This document shows positions 14,422-23,329 of a stretch of 64,000 nt of DNA, one piece after another. The stretch's first letter is position 1; every line of letters begins with the position of its first letter. Source of the stretch: a virus. The stretch lies in IMG/VR virus record IMGVR_UViG_3300035703_000062, positions 1 to 64,000 of that record; one strand, given 5' to 3'. The notes under the pieces are model-generated. The model saw nothing but the letters and a program-made list of their open reading frames with translations. It was not told where the DNA came from and searched no databases. Position numbers and translations under genes: made by a program.

Positions 14422-14660
14422 ACGTCGTAAATGCGGCACTCCAGTGCGCTGGGATTGAGGCTGCAGAAACTGCCCCAGTGTGTTGCAGCGTCGAAAGGGC
14501 GCTTTGCATCCCTTTGATAGTCAGCCATGGCCTTTTCGTAGGCCCTCATGGCCTGATGGGCCTCTTCGCTGTCGGCGCCATGCGTATTGAAGGCCATGGT
14601 GAAATCGAAGGAAGCGTCTACCACTTTGGCGAATGCCTGATGGAGAGTTTCGTCGTCCAT
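14418..14660 (-). CDS. cp12: CP12-like protein
   Basis: C-terminal FCSLNPSALECRIYDV matches the CP12 C-terminal Cys loop; AWD.VEEL core absent. Confidence 0.7.
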   Translation of the reverse strand: MDDETLHQAFAKVVDASFDFTMAFNTHGADSEEAHQAMRAYEKAMADYQRDAKRPFDAATHWGSFCSLNPSALECRIYDV

Positions 14661-14679
14661 TGAAGAACTGCGAACACCT

Positions 14680-14877
14680 TCAGGCTACTTCTGTTTCGGA
14701 AGATTGTTGTAGTTTTTGTTGTTTTTTCAACACTTGATAAACTTTACGCAAACGCGGCAGTAGAGAAGGCTGATAGAAATGCTCTGCGGCAAGAAGTTGC
14801 AGGGCTGTTTGACGATCGCCTTCAAAGATGGCTAGCAGGAACTGTGCTTCCTGAAGATTAAGCTCAAGTGTTTCCAC
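14680..14877 (-). CDS. hypothetical protein
   Basis: 65-aa ORF downstream of terminase. Confidence 0.55.
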   Translation of the reverse strand: METLELNLQEAQFLLAIFEGDRQTALQLLAAEHFYQPSLLPRLRKVYQVLKKQQKLQQSSETEVA

Positions 14878-14914
14878 TTCATGGTGAAGATAAATTCTTG
14901 AACATACTAGAGGC

Positions 14915-16279
14915 TCACAAGAAATTTTCTAGCCAATTGGACTCATCGTCTTTATTAGCTGCATGAATTGCCGCGGCCAGGGCGAAAGCATGGTCGTCAA
15001 TACCAGTTTGTTTGCCGCCAGTGACACTCCATTGTCCTCCTGCTTTGTATACAACAGTGAGCCCTTTAATTTCACTAATAGCCTTCTCGTGATTGTAAAT
15101 GTTCACTTGTCCTGCGTTGAACAGTTCACGCATCTTTGAGAATGCTTTTGTTTTAGAAGAAATGGTCCAAGTGAGTTCTTCAATGGGGTAGTCGCCAGTG
15201 AGGGCCTGGATTGTGCCCGCACTGTTGTACTGGTCCATCACAATCTTTTCAAACACATAGAGCTTATGTTGCTCCCTTATCCAATCTTCAACGGCGTTAA
15301 TGTTAACTTCCTTCCTGCCGTTAATTTCAAAATCCGCCACGAACGTGTGGAACTTGTCCACAACTAATATTCCATTGTCAAAGTGAACAATACAGGCGGT
15401 GTAATTATCTCTTCCAATGCCGCCACGGGCAGGGTCAAGCGATAGCACGTAGGAGCCAACGAAGCGCTCCTCTGGGGGGAGCGCTTTGCGTTTGTCATCA
15501 ATGCAGGCCTCAACCACATCGGGGGAGATGAGGGCTGAAAGGTTGGCGGAGAACTGCGCTCCGTATTCAACGTTGAACTTATCGGGATCGCGCTGGCGCT
15601 CCAGTTCCAGGAAATCGCGAGAGATGGTTGGGTTCATCTCCCACGTTGGGAGGTTGACCGCTTGTAGGTGTGGAAAGCGACCGGAGGCTGCCTCCTTGAA
15701 ATGTTGGTAGAAGAGACCGTCAGTCAGCCATGGTGAAGACAGCTCAAGGATTTTGCCGTCGCTGCCGAACTGTGCCACTGCAGGAGAGAGTGCCTGATAG
15801 ATGCCGTTGGCGCCAGAGTTTGCGTCGCCGTCCACGGCGAACGCAAGCTCGTCGAACACACAGGCGCAGCAGGCAAGACCACGAGCAGCACGACCCGATG
15901 TAGGAATAGCCTTGAACACACATCCATTGCTCATCTCAATTTGATCAGCGGTTTCGCGGGAGATTTCCTGCGCGAATGGGCTATCAAGAATGAGCTGGCG
16001 AATGTTATTAAGAGCAATGCGGCTCTGGTCCTGACTGTTTGCAACAGTAAGCACGTACCACTTCTCTCCTTTCCGTACTTTTGCTTTGTACTTGTCTTCT
16101 AGGACAAAGCAGATGTAGACGCACGCAACGGCGGCCATGAGCGTTTTGCCGCTACGGCGGCCCAACGCCCACGTCGCCTGTGAAAACCCCCCTTCAAAGA
16201 ACGAATCGAGGATTTCAGCCTGTTTGGGATAGAGGGCTAATCGAAGGGCGTGCTTTGCGAAGTCTGAACATCTAAGCAT
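14915..16279 (-). CDS. terL: terminase large subunit
   Basis: GRRSGKT Walker A, VFDELAF Walker B, LSSP motif, SLDPA and DDHAFALA nuclease motifs. Confidence 0.95.
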   Translation of the reverse strand: MLRCSDFAKHALRLALYPKQAEILDSFFEGGFSQATWALGRRSGKTLMAAVACVYICFVLEDKYKAKVRKGEKWYVLTVANSQDQSRIALNNIRQLILDSPFAQEISRETADQIEMSNGCVFKAIPTSGRAARGLACCACVFDELAFAVDGDANSGANGIYQALSPAVAQFGSDGKILELSSPWLTDGLFYQHFKEAASGRFPHLQAVNLPTWEMNPTISRDFLELERQRDPDKFNVEYGAQFSANLSALISPDVVEACIDDKRKALPPEERFVGSYVLSLDPARGGIGRDNYTACIVHFDNGILVVDKFHTFVADFEINGRKEVNINAVEDWIREQHKLYVFEKIVMDQYNSAGTIQALTGDYPIEELTWTISSKTKAFSKMRELFNAGQVNIYNHEKAISEIKGLTVVYKAGGQWSVTGGKQTGIDDHAFALAAAIHAANKDDESNWLENFL

Positions 16280-16767
16280 TGTTTCAGCTCCTCCATGGAG
16301 CGAAGATTGTCTTTAGGAACGAAATAACACGGGCGCCCCGGCACATGCTCTTTCTTCCATTGTTTTTGCTTGGCTTGATGGGCATGTAGCCAACCATGGA
16401 GCCTAATTTCCTGGTTTTGTATCGTAACCAATACCAGGGTCTTGTCTTCACTTTCATCGAGAAGGCAGATTAGATCATAGTAATGGCGTGAACGTGTTTT
16501 CACATCAATATTGAAGGGCAGGTCGCAGCTTCCTCTGGTGGCTTCTGTTTCTTGAAATACGAAATCTTTTAGGCCAAGAAAGCTCGCCACTGCCATTTCG
16601 CCACCGGCACCAAGGATGTGCATGCGGAGGGCGTCGTCGCCCAAGGCTGGGCCGTTATTTCGGCCCAGCTTCCCTTGTTTTGCGTTGGTTTCTTGCCGGC
16701 GTTCGCCTTCGGCTATGGCCAACGCCTTCTCTGAAGGGGACAACTGCCACACAATGTGTTGGGGCAT
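16237..16767 (-). CDS. hypothetical protein, possible PD-(D/E)xK fold
   Basis: G..GE.AVA...D....IDVKTR pattern. Confidence 0.6.
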   Translation of the reverse strand: MPQHIVWQLSPSEKALAIAEGERRQETNAKQGKLGRNNGPALGDDALRMHILGAGGEMAVASFLGLKDFVFQETEATRGSCDLPFNIDVKTRSRHYYDLICLLDESEDKTLVLVTIQNQEIRLHGWLHAHQAKQKQWKKEHVPGRPCYFVPKDNLRSMEELKQCLDVQTSQSTPFD

Positions 16768-16838
16768 GTTGAGGAATGTTTCAGTACACGACAATGTACC
16801 CAGTTCTAGAATGATTGCAATATCAGGATTCCTTATGC

Positions 16839-18941
16839 ATGGCTGACGTTACACAAGGTGGGGATATGGTGTCGCTCGGGCATGCCACAGCGGGTGGTAT
16901 TCGCGCCGATGGCCTGCAAAATGTGTTCACCGGGATGGGCACGAGCCGTGATAAGACCACCCGCACCACTGTTAAGCCGGTGTCTTTCATGGGCCATGAA
17001 GACCTTGAAGGTCTTTATGCACATTGGCTCATGCGGCGCATTGTTGACCTCGTGGCGGACGAATGCACCCGCGAGGGCTTTGAGATTTTGTTTGGCGGGG
17101 AGGGCGTCAATGCTGAAACGCTTTCTGGCGTTGAACAGGCCATTGAAGACCTGGAAATTCTGTCCTTCTTCAACGAGGCGGCCAAAACTTCTCGCTTATA
17201 TGGCGGCAGCGCGTTGCTGCTCTACATCGACGATGGGCGTCCGTCCGATATGCCCGTTGACAAGAATAATATTCGCGCTGTGGAGGGTATGGACTGCCTG
17301 GATCGGCATCAGATTGCGCCGATCATTAGTGAAGAAAGTCTGTACGACTATTCCAAGGCAACTTACTACCAAATCATTTCTGGCGATCTAATTCAGCAGC
17401 CCAACCTCCGTGCCATCCATAAGGACAGAATTCTGCGGTTTGACGGCATTTGGCTGCCGTATCGCACGCGGCAGAAGAACTATGGCTGGGGCATGAGCGT
17501 GCTGCAGAGCGTCTATGACAGCTTCAAGCACTACTACAGCGGCACCGCATCCATTGCCACCCTTCTTACTGAGTTTGACATCTTTGTGCATAAGGTGAGG
17601 GGCTTGGCTTCCATGCTGGCCGCTGGCAAGGAAGGGCAGGTAAGAGATCGCCTGCAACTGAATGACATGAGCAAGAGCATCTATCGCGGCTACGCGATTG
17701 ATGCGGAGAAGGAAGAGCTGGCCTTTGTTAGCCGGCAGTTTGGCGGCGTGAGCGAAATCCTGGAGAAGCTGCGCATCGATGTGATTGCCGCTGCTGGCAT
17801 TCCCCATACATTGCTATTTGGCCAGTCACCGTCTGGCTTGGGCGCTACGGGCCGTAGTGAAGAGCGTGACTTTGCCAAGACTTGCCATCACTACCAAGAA
17901 ACTAATTTCCGAAAGCCTCTGACAAAGCTGATGGAATACATCATGCTGAGTAAGACTGGCCCCACTGGCGGAAAAGTGCCTGATAACTGGCGCGTGAGCT
18001 TCAAGCCTCTGTTTGAAATGAACGAGCGTGAGCTGGCTGACGTGCGTGCGCGGGTGGCTGCGGTGGATGCTCGTTACATCCAGGTGGGTGTGCTTACGCC
18101 GCAGGAAGTGGCAGATTCGCGGTTCGGAAAGAGCGAATACAGCATTGAAACCACCATTGATCCATCGATCAAGCGGGAAATGCCGCAGAAGCCTGGCGAC
18201 GGCAAGATGGCCGTTCCTCCGGGTGGTCGCGATCCGCTGGATCAGCAGAACGGCAGCCTGCCTATGGATGGATCTCGCGAGGCTTCGGAAAGCGCAGCGG
18301 AAGAGACGATGGATGAAGCGGGCCTCTACATGTCTCGCGATCTAGAGAAGGTGCGTGGCGACGTGACATTCACCGACAAAACCCTGCATTCACGAGCCGT
18401 TAGCGCTGCCAAATCGAAGTTCAAGGTGTGGCCTTCTGCCTACGCCAGTGGTTATGTCGTGCAGAAATACAAGCAAATGTACAAGGAGAAGCATGGCTCT
18501 CTGAGCGGCGCCTTCAAAGGCGACGGCGAAGAGCTTCATGCCGACGACCTTGATAAGTGGTTTAAGGAGAAGTGGGTGAGGATTGGGGCTAATGGCGAAA
18601 TCATGGGGCCTTGTGGAGCCCGTGAGAAGGGCGAAGGCAAGCCGAAATGCTTGCCCCAGGCAAAAGCACAAGGGATGTCGAAGGAAGAGCGGCAGCGCAT
18701 TGTTGCCCGCAAACGTAAGGCCGATCCCAATCCTGAGCGTCGCGGTCCGGCCAAGATGGTGAGCAGTAAAACTGATGCCATTGAACCGCTCAAAGCGGAA
18801 GGCCTCATCCTGGGTGACATTGACGAAGCCGCGCTGATCACGCAGGCTGATATTGACGCAGCTTTGAACCAGTGGAAGCAGGAAGCTCCTGAGCGCTTCA
18901 AGGACATTCTGGAGGCCGGCAATGTTGAGCCCACTGAGTGA
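16839..18941 (+). CDS. portal protein (DUF1073 type) with C-terminal extra domains
   Basis: GMGT.RD, IH.DRILRFDG, WGMSVLQ, IP.T.LFGQSP.GL.ATG motifs; tail with WPSAYASG and L.KWFKEKWV motifs. Confidence 0.92.
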   Translation: MADVTQGGDMVSLGHATAGGIRADGLQNVFTGMGTSRDKTTRTTVKPVSFMGHEDLEGLYAHWLMRRIVDLVADECTREGFEILFGGEGVNAETLSGVEQAIEDLEILSFFNEAAKTSRLYGGSALLLYIDDGRPSDMPVDKNNIRAVEGMDCLDRHQIAPIISEESLYDYSKATYYQIISGDLIQQPNLRAIHKDRILRFDGIWLPYRTRQKNYGWGMSVLQSVYDSFKHYYSGTASIATLLTEFDIFVHKVRGLASMLAAGKEGQVRDRLQLNDMSKSIYRGYAIDAEKEELAFVSRQFGGVSEILEKLRIDVIAAAGIPHTLLFGQSPSGLGATGRSEERDFAKTCHHYQETNFRKPLTKLMEYIMLSKTGPTGGKVPDNWRVSFKPLFEMNERELADVRARVAAVDARYIQVGVLTPQEVADSRFGKSEYSIETTIDPSIKREMPQKPGDGKMAVPPGGRDPLDQQNGSLPMDGSREASESAAEETMDEAGLYMSRDLEKVRGDVTFTDKTLHSRAVSAAKSKFKVWPSAYASGYVVQKYKQMYKEKHGSLSGAFKGDGEELHADDLDKWFKEKWVRIGANGEIMGPCGAREKGEGKPKCLPQAKAQGMSKEERQRIVARKRKADPNPERRGPAKMVSSKTDAIEPLKAEGLILGDIDEAALITQADIDAALNQWKQEAPERFKDILEAGNVEPTE

Positions 18942-19584
18942 TCCGTGGCCCCGCTTTGATGCGGAGTGGGGCTATGACGCCAACCTGGGGCGCTATAGGC
19001 GCCCCTCTGGGCAGTTCATGAGTCAGAAGGCCGTGATGGCGCTTGTGGATGGTCGCATTGACAAACTCGGCCAGAATCTACGGCGATTCACGCAGATGCT
19101 GGCTGATGGCAACATCACAATTGACCAATGGCAAGGGAGTGTCCGCGAGGCAATTAAGGCTGCTCATATTCAGGCAACAGTGCTTGGGCACGGTGGTAAG
19201 GATGGTATGGGCAGCGCAGAGTATGGCCGCATCGGCCAGAGGCTTCGTGCGGAATACACTTTCCTTCAGGGCTTTGCTAGCGATATTTTGGCTGGCCGCG
19301 TTTCTCCTGCCATGGCTCTTGCTCGTGTGCAGCTATATGCTGAAAGCGTGCGAAGCTCTTACTGGGAAGGTGCCAGTCTTCGTCAAGGCAAGCAGGGATA
19401 CTCTCTGATGCGACGCATTTTGGACCCGCAGGCAAAGCATTGTGATGACTGTCTTCGTTATGCGAGGGCTGGTTTAGTCGCGATGGGGAGTTTGCCGATG
19501 CCGGGACAGCGTTGTGAATGTCGGGCGAGGTGTCGCTGTTCTGTCGAATACAAGCGCAACGCTATACCGACAAGTCCCGTGTGA
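18922..19584 (+). CDS. minor head/morphogenesis protein (Mu gpF-like)
   Basis: follows portal; HC.DC...P.PG..CEC..RCRC C-terminus. Confidence 0.75.
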   Translation: MLSPLSDPWPRFDAEWGYDANLGRYRRPSGQFMSQKAVMALVDGRIDKLGQNLRRFTQMLADGNITIDQWQGSVREAIKAAHIQATVLGHGGKDGMGSAEYGRIGQRLRAEYTFLQGFASDILAGRVSPAMALARVQLYAESVRSSYWEGASLRQGKQGYSLMRRILDPQAKHCDDCLRYARAGLVAMGSLPMPGQRCECRARCRCSVEYKRNAIPTSPV

Positions 19585-19622
19585 AAACTGGGCCTAACAT
19601 TGCGCAAGACATTGCGCTTTGT

Positions 19623-20819
19623 ATGGCCAAGATTCTTTACTGCGGAGACGCAGCAGTGCAAACGGGCTTCGGACGAGTGGCGGAAAGCCTGCTTCCTGAG
19701 CTTGCGAAAGAGCATGAGATTGTCGTTCTTGCCGTGAACTGGTGGGGCGATCCTCATGAGCTGCCGTACAAGATGTATCCGGCTATTGCTGGCGGCTCCG
19801 ATCCGTTTGGATCCCATCGCATACAGGAGCTGCTGGTCAAGGAGCGCCCTGACCTTGTGTTTGCGGTGAATGATATTTGGATTTTGAATAGGCTTTGGCA
19901 GGTGGCCAAGCCCCTGAAGGAACAGCTTGGTTTTAAGTGGTACGGCTATTTCCCCACTGATAGCTATGGCTTCTTCCCTGAGGTGTTTGAAGACTGCAAA
20001 GAATGGGATGGCATGGGCACTTATACACAGTTTGGCCTTGAGGAGGTACGCAAGGCTGGCTGTGAAATGCCGTGCGATGTGATTCCCCATGGTATTGACA
20101 CATCGACATTCTTCCCTGTGAAGAAGGAAGAAGCGCGGGAGGCTATGGGCCTTCCGCAGGATGTGTTCTTTGTATTTAATGGCAATCGAAATCAACCGCG
20201 TAAGCGAATTGATTTGACTATTAAGGCCTTCATTGAATTTGCCCTTGACAAGCCTGATGCTCGCCTATGGCTCAATATGGGCAAGAAGGACCAAGGATGG
20301 GATTTGATTCCACTGTTTAAGCGCATTGCTCGTGACATGGGCTATGACGCTACTGGCAAGTTGGTGCTGACAAGCAAAGACTTTGACGTGACCAATTGCC
20401 TACCTGTTGATCGCCTTAATCTTGTTTATAACTCAGTGGATGTAGGCATTAACACTTGCATCGGCGAGGGCTGGGGACTTGTTAATTTTGAGCACGCCGC
20501 CACGGCTACTGCTCAGATTGTTCCAGACCACACATCGCTGAAAGAAATCTTCTACGAAATTCCGCGCATTCCCATTGAGAGCTGGGAAGTGGATTGCAAT
20601 TATGGCCTTGATCGTGGAGTGCCTTCTGTTGAAGGGCTAGTGACAATCTTGAATCACTATTACAACAATCGCGAAGACCTCGACAAAGTGGCTGGATGGT
20701 GCTATGAACGTCTTCAGGCAGATGAATATAAGTGGGAAAACATCGGCGCCTTGGTGAACGGTATTATTAAGCGCACGCTTGAAGAGCCCACTGCTGGCAA
20801 GGGATTTGGCGATGACTAA
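19623..20819 (+). CDS. glycosyltransferase (GT-B, GT4-like)
   Basis: TGFGRV, IPHGID, RNQPRKR, EGWGL..FE motifs. Confidence 0.9.
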   Translation: MAKILYCGDAAVQTGFGRVAESLLPELAKEHEIVVLAVNWWGDPHELPYKMYPAIAGGSDPFGSHRIQELLVKERPDLVFAVNDIWILNRLWQVAKPLKEQLGFKWYGYFPTDSYGFFPEVFEDCKEWDGMGTYTQFGLEEVRKAGCEMPCDVIPHGIDTSTFFPVKKEEAREAMGLPQDVFFVFNGNRNQPRKRIDLTIKAFIEFALDKPDARLWLNMGKKDQGWDLIPLFKRIARDMGYDATGKLVLTSKDFDVTNCLPVDRLNLVYNSVDVGINTCIGEGWGLVNFEHAATATAQIVPDHTSLKEIFYEIPRIPIESWEVDCNYGLDRGVPSVEGLVTILNHYYNNREDLDKVAGWCYERLQADEYKWENIGALVNGIIKRTLEEPTAGKGFGDD

Positions 20820-21498
20820 ACGTCGTATTAGCGTGGGAATTCCCACGCTTTCTTGTTATGACAAGCTTATTCGTTTGTGCAATCATTTATTGAATGATGA
20901 ACACCCTTGCATTGAAGCAGAGGTGTTGATTCTCGACAATGGTGGGCGGATGAAAGATAGTTCAGCAGTGGATGCACTGGCTGAATGTTGCGACTTGTCG
21001 AAATGGAAAGTGGCTGTGCCGCCATATAACCTTGGCGTGGCAAAGTCTTGGAACTATCTCATCCATCAACTTGGACAATGCATTATTGCCAATGACGATG
21101 TGGTGTTTGGTCTGAACGACATTGCGGCATTTTTAGATGCCGCAACTGCCAATCCTGGATGCATTTTGCTGGAGACAAATCATTCAGTGGGAGGATTCTC
21201 TACGTTCTATGTAAATCGCCCCGAAAGGTGGCTTGACATGGGAGGTTTTGACGAGCTATTTGCGCCAGCTTATTTTGAAGACAACGATTGCCGCTGGAGG
21301 CTATTAGTTGCCGATAATCCGGCGGTCAAGGTGAATCTCCCATCGTGGTCGCATGACAACAGCAGCACACTAGAAAGCGGTGATGATCGCTATAAGCGCA
21401 TGCATTGGTGTTGCTTTGAGCGCAACAAAGCTTATTACAAGACGAAGTGGGGCGGATTGCCTGGGCATGAAGAATTCACTGTTCCTTTTGATAAATAG
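20812..21498 (+). CDS. glycosyltransferase (GT-A, GT2-like)
   Basis: ILDNG, NLGVAKSWN, NDDV, GGFDE.F.PAYFEDND. Confidence 0.88.
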   Translation: MTKRRISVGIPTLSCYDKLIRLCNHLLNDEHPCIEAEVLILDNGGRMKDSSAVDALAECCDLSKWKVAVPPYNLGVAKSWNYLIHQLGQCIIANDDVVFGLNDIAAFLDAATANPGCILLETNHSVGGFSTFYVNRPERWLDMGGFDELFAPAYFEDNDCRWRLLVADNPAVKVNLPSWSHDNSSTLESGDDRYKRMHWCCFERNKAYYKTKWGGLPGHEEFTVPFDK

Positions 21499-21500
21499 TT

Positions 21501-22043
21501 ATGGCTCACGCTGAGCAGCAACAATTCGTTCAGAGCGTCAAGGCTTCTTTCTCATCGTTCTTTAAGGGTGGGCGGATTGTCGAAATTGGCAGCCTTGACA
21601 TCAACGGCACCGTGCGCGGGTTCTTTGAAGAACCCGCTGAATACATTGGCGTGGATCTTGGTCCTGGCCGTGGCGTAGACGTGGTATGCGAAGGGCAAGA
21701 TTATGACGGCGCTACAGATGGCTTCGACGTGGCTATTTCGGTGGAGTGCTTTGAGCACAACCCGCATTGGAAAGAGACCTTTGCAAATATGTTTCGCATG
21801 GTTCGCGACGAAGGGCTCATCGTGATGACTTGTGCAACTACGGGCAGGCCGGAGCATGGCACTTCTCGCAGTGATGCGGGCAGCAGCCCTCTAACGGTGG
21901 GCAAAGGCTGGGAATACTACAAAAATCTCACTGAAAACGATTTTCATGCTGCGTTTGAACTGAATAGCATGTTCTCGGATTATTGTTTTAGTGTGAATAC
22001 AAGTAGTCACGATCTTTATTTCTGGGGGCTCGTCGAGAAATGA
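21501..22043 (+). CDS. SAM-dependent methyltransferase
   Basis: VEIGS.DING, GVD...G.GVD, FDV.IS.ECFEH. Confidence 0.88.
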   Translation: MAHAEQQQFVQSVKASFSSFFKGGRIVEIGSLDINGTVRGFFEEPAEYIGVDLGPGRGVDVVCEGQDYDGATDGFDVAISVECFEHNPHWKETFANMFRMVRDEGLIVMTCATTGRPEHGTSRSDAGSSPLTVGKGWEYYKNLTENDFHAAFELNSMFSDYCFSVNTSSHDLYFWGLVEK

Positions 22044-22324
22044 CCGCAAAGCAGAAGCAGGCAAAAGTTCGTAAGGTGATGCGTGAATTTAAAGCCGGCA
22101 CCCTTAAGGGCAGCGATGGCAAGCCCGTGAAGAATCGTCAGCAAGCTATTGCCATTGCCTTGAGCGAGGCTGGCATGGCTAAGAAAGATAAGAGCGACGC
22201 TTATTGGGATACCTACATCGACACAATGTGTGGTTCGATGAGCAAAGAGGGCATGGAAGAAGAGGAAGAGGAGGAAGGTGAAGAGGAGGAGATGGAAGAT
22301 GGCTCCTGCGGAAAAAAGCGCTGA
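22040..22324 (+). CDS. small head-associated protein (DUF6496-like) with acidic tract
   Basis: KV.KVMREFK.GTL...QAIAIALSEAG; poly-Glu. Confidence 0.8.
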   Translation: MTAKQKQAKVRKVMREFKAGTLKGSDGKPVKNRQQAIAIALSEAGMAKKDKSDAYWDTYIDTMCGSMSKEGMEEEEEEEGEEEEMEDGSCGKKR

Positions 22325-22665
22325 GGGGCGACGCTGAAGGCTTCGCCCCTCCTCGGGCAGTAAGGAATGCTGCGCGGCGCGGACTTGAGCTGCGTCGCAA
22401 GCATGGCAAAGGAGGGCTTACCACTGGCGAAGCCGGTAAGCAAGGGATTGGCAGTGGCGTGGCCAGGGCAACCAGTCTGGCCAATGGCCAGAAAGTGAGT
22501 GAAGCTACATTGCGTCGTATGGTTGCGTTCTTTTCGCGCCACGAAAAGAACAAGAGCGGCGGAGAAGATGACGCTGGTTACATCGCCTGGCAACTATGGG
22601 GAGGCGATGCGGGGAGAGCGTGGGCAAATCGCACGCTTAAGATGTTGGAAAACCGTTCAAAGTAG
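22040..22665 (+). CDS. -1 frameshift fusion product (~208 aa)
   Basis: A_AAA_AAG at 22312-22318, then hairpin GAGGGGCGA/TCGCCCCTC; -1 frame open to 22665 encoding PP..V...A.RGL...SRHE.N...IAWQLWGGDAG domain. Confidence 0.75.
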
Positions 22666-22667
22666 CG

Positions 22668-22982
22668 ATGGAAGGGATCAGGATCGTGCGCGAAGAAGAG
22701 GACGGTATCAGTGTGATGCAAGCGCTGCAGATCCTGTCTCGCAACGCCCATCGCAATACTTCCCGTTGGGAGCTGGTGGAAAAGCAGGTGTTCAAGAATG
22801 GACGCCTTGAAGAAACGCATGAATACGTAGTGAGTGTCTATGACATTCCTGATCCGCAGTTTGAGCCAGCCAAGTTTCTTGTTTTTGAGGCTGTAGCAAT
22901 GGCGAAGGCCTATGTGATGGAAGGCATTGAAGAGCAGCTTGCTTCCATCCGTGACGAAGACGAAGAAGAAGACGAAGATTAA
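22668..22982 (+). CDS. hypothetical protein with acidic C-terminus
   Basis: 104-aa ORF in head operon. Confidence 0.7.
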   Translation: MEGIRIVREEEDGISVMQALQILSRNAHRNTSRWELVEKQVFKNGRLEETHEYVVSVYDIPDPQFEPAKFLVFEAVAMAKAYVMEGIEEQLASIRDEDEEEDED

Positions 22983-23269
22983 TCTTGCGTGGCGTGAACA
23001 ACGAATGATGGGTAGCCCATCAGCCACAGTACACTGAGTTGAAATACGCCGCTCATTACTTTGATTTGAGCAATGTCCGGGGCCAGGATACCGTTTTCAA
23101 TGCGAGATATTGTTGCTTGATCGCAATAAAGAATTTCTGCAAGGGCTCGCTGCGAAAGTCCGCAGCTAAGACGAGCTTCCCGCACTCGGGAACCTATTAG
23201 AAGCTTGGCTTCGGAGAGGGAGCTTTGCGGGCTTTTTACTTTACGAGCCGTTAGATTCTTTTGTGTCAT
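22979..23269 (-). CDS. XRE-family HTH regulator
   Basis: IG.RVREAR...GLSQ..LA......QATISRIENG. Confidence 0.88.
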   Translation of the reverse strand: MTQKNLTARKVKSPQSSLSEAKLLIGSRVREARLSCGLSQRALAEILYCDQATISRIENGILAPDIAQIKVMSGVFQLSVLWLMGYPSFVVHATQD

Positions 23270-23329
23270 TTCATGCAGAATAGCATAATGACTACTATAC
23301 TATTGAATTGAAGCCCTTACAGTATATGT

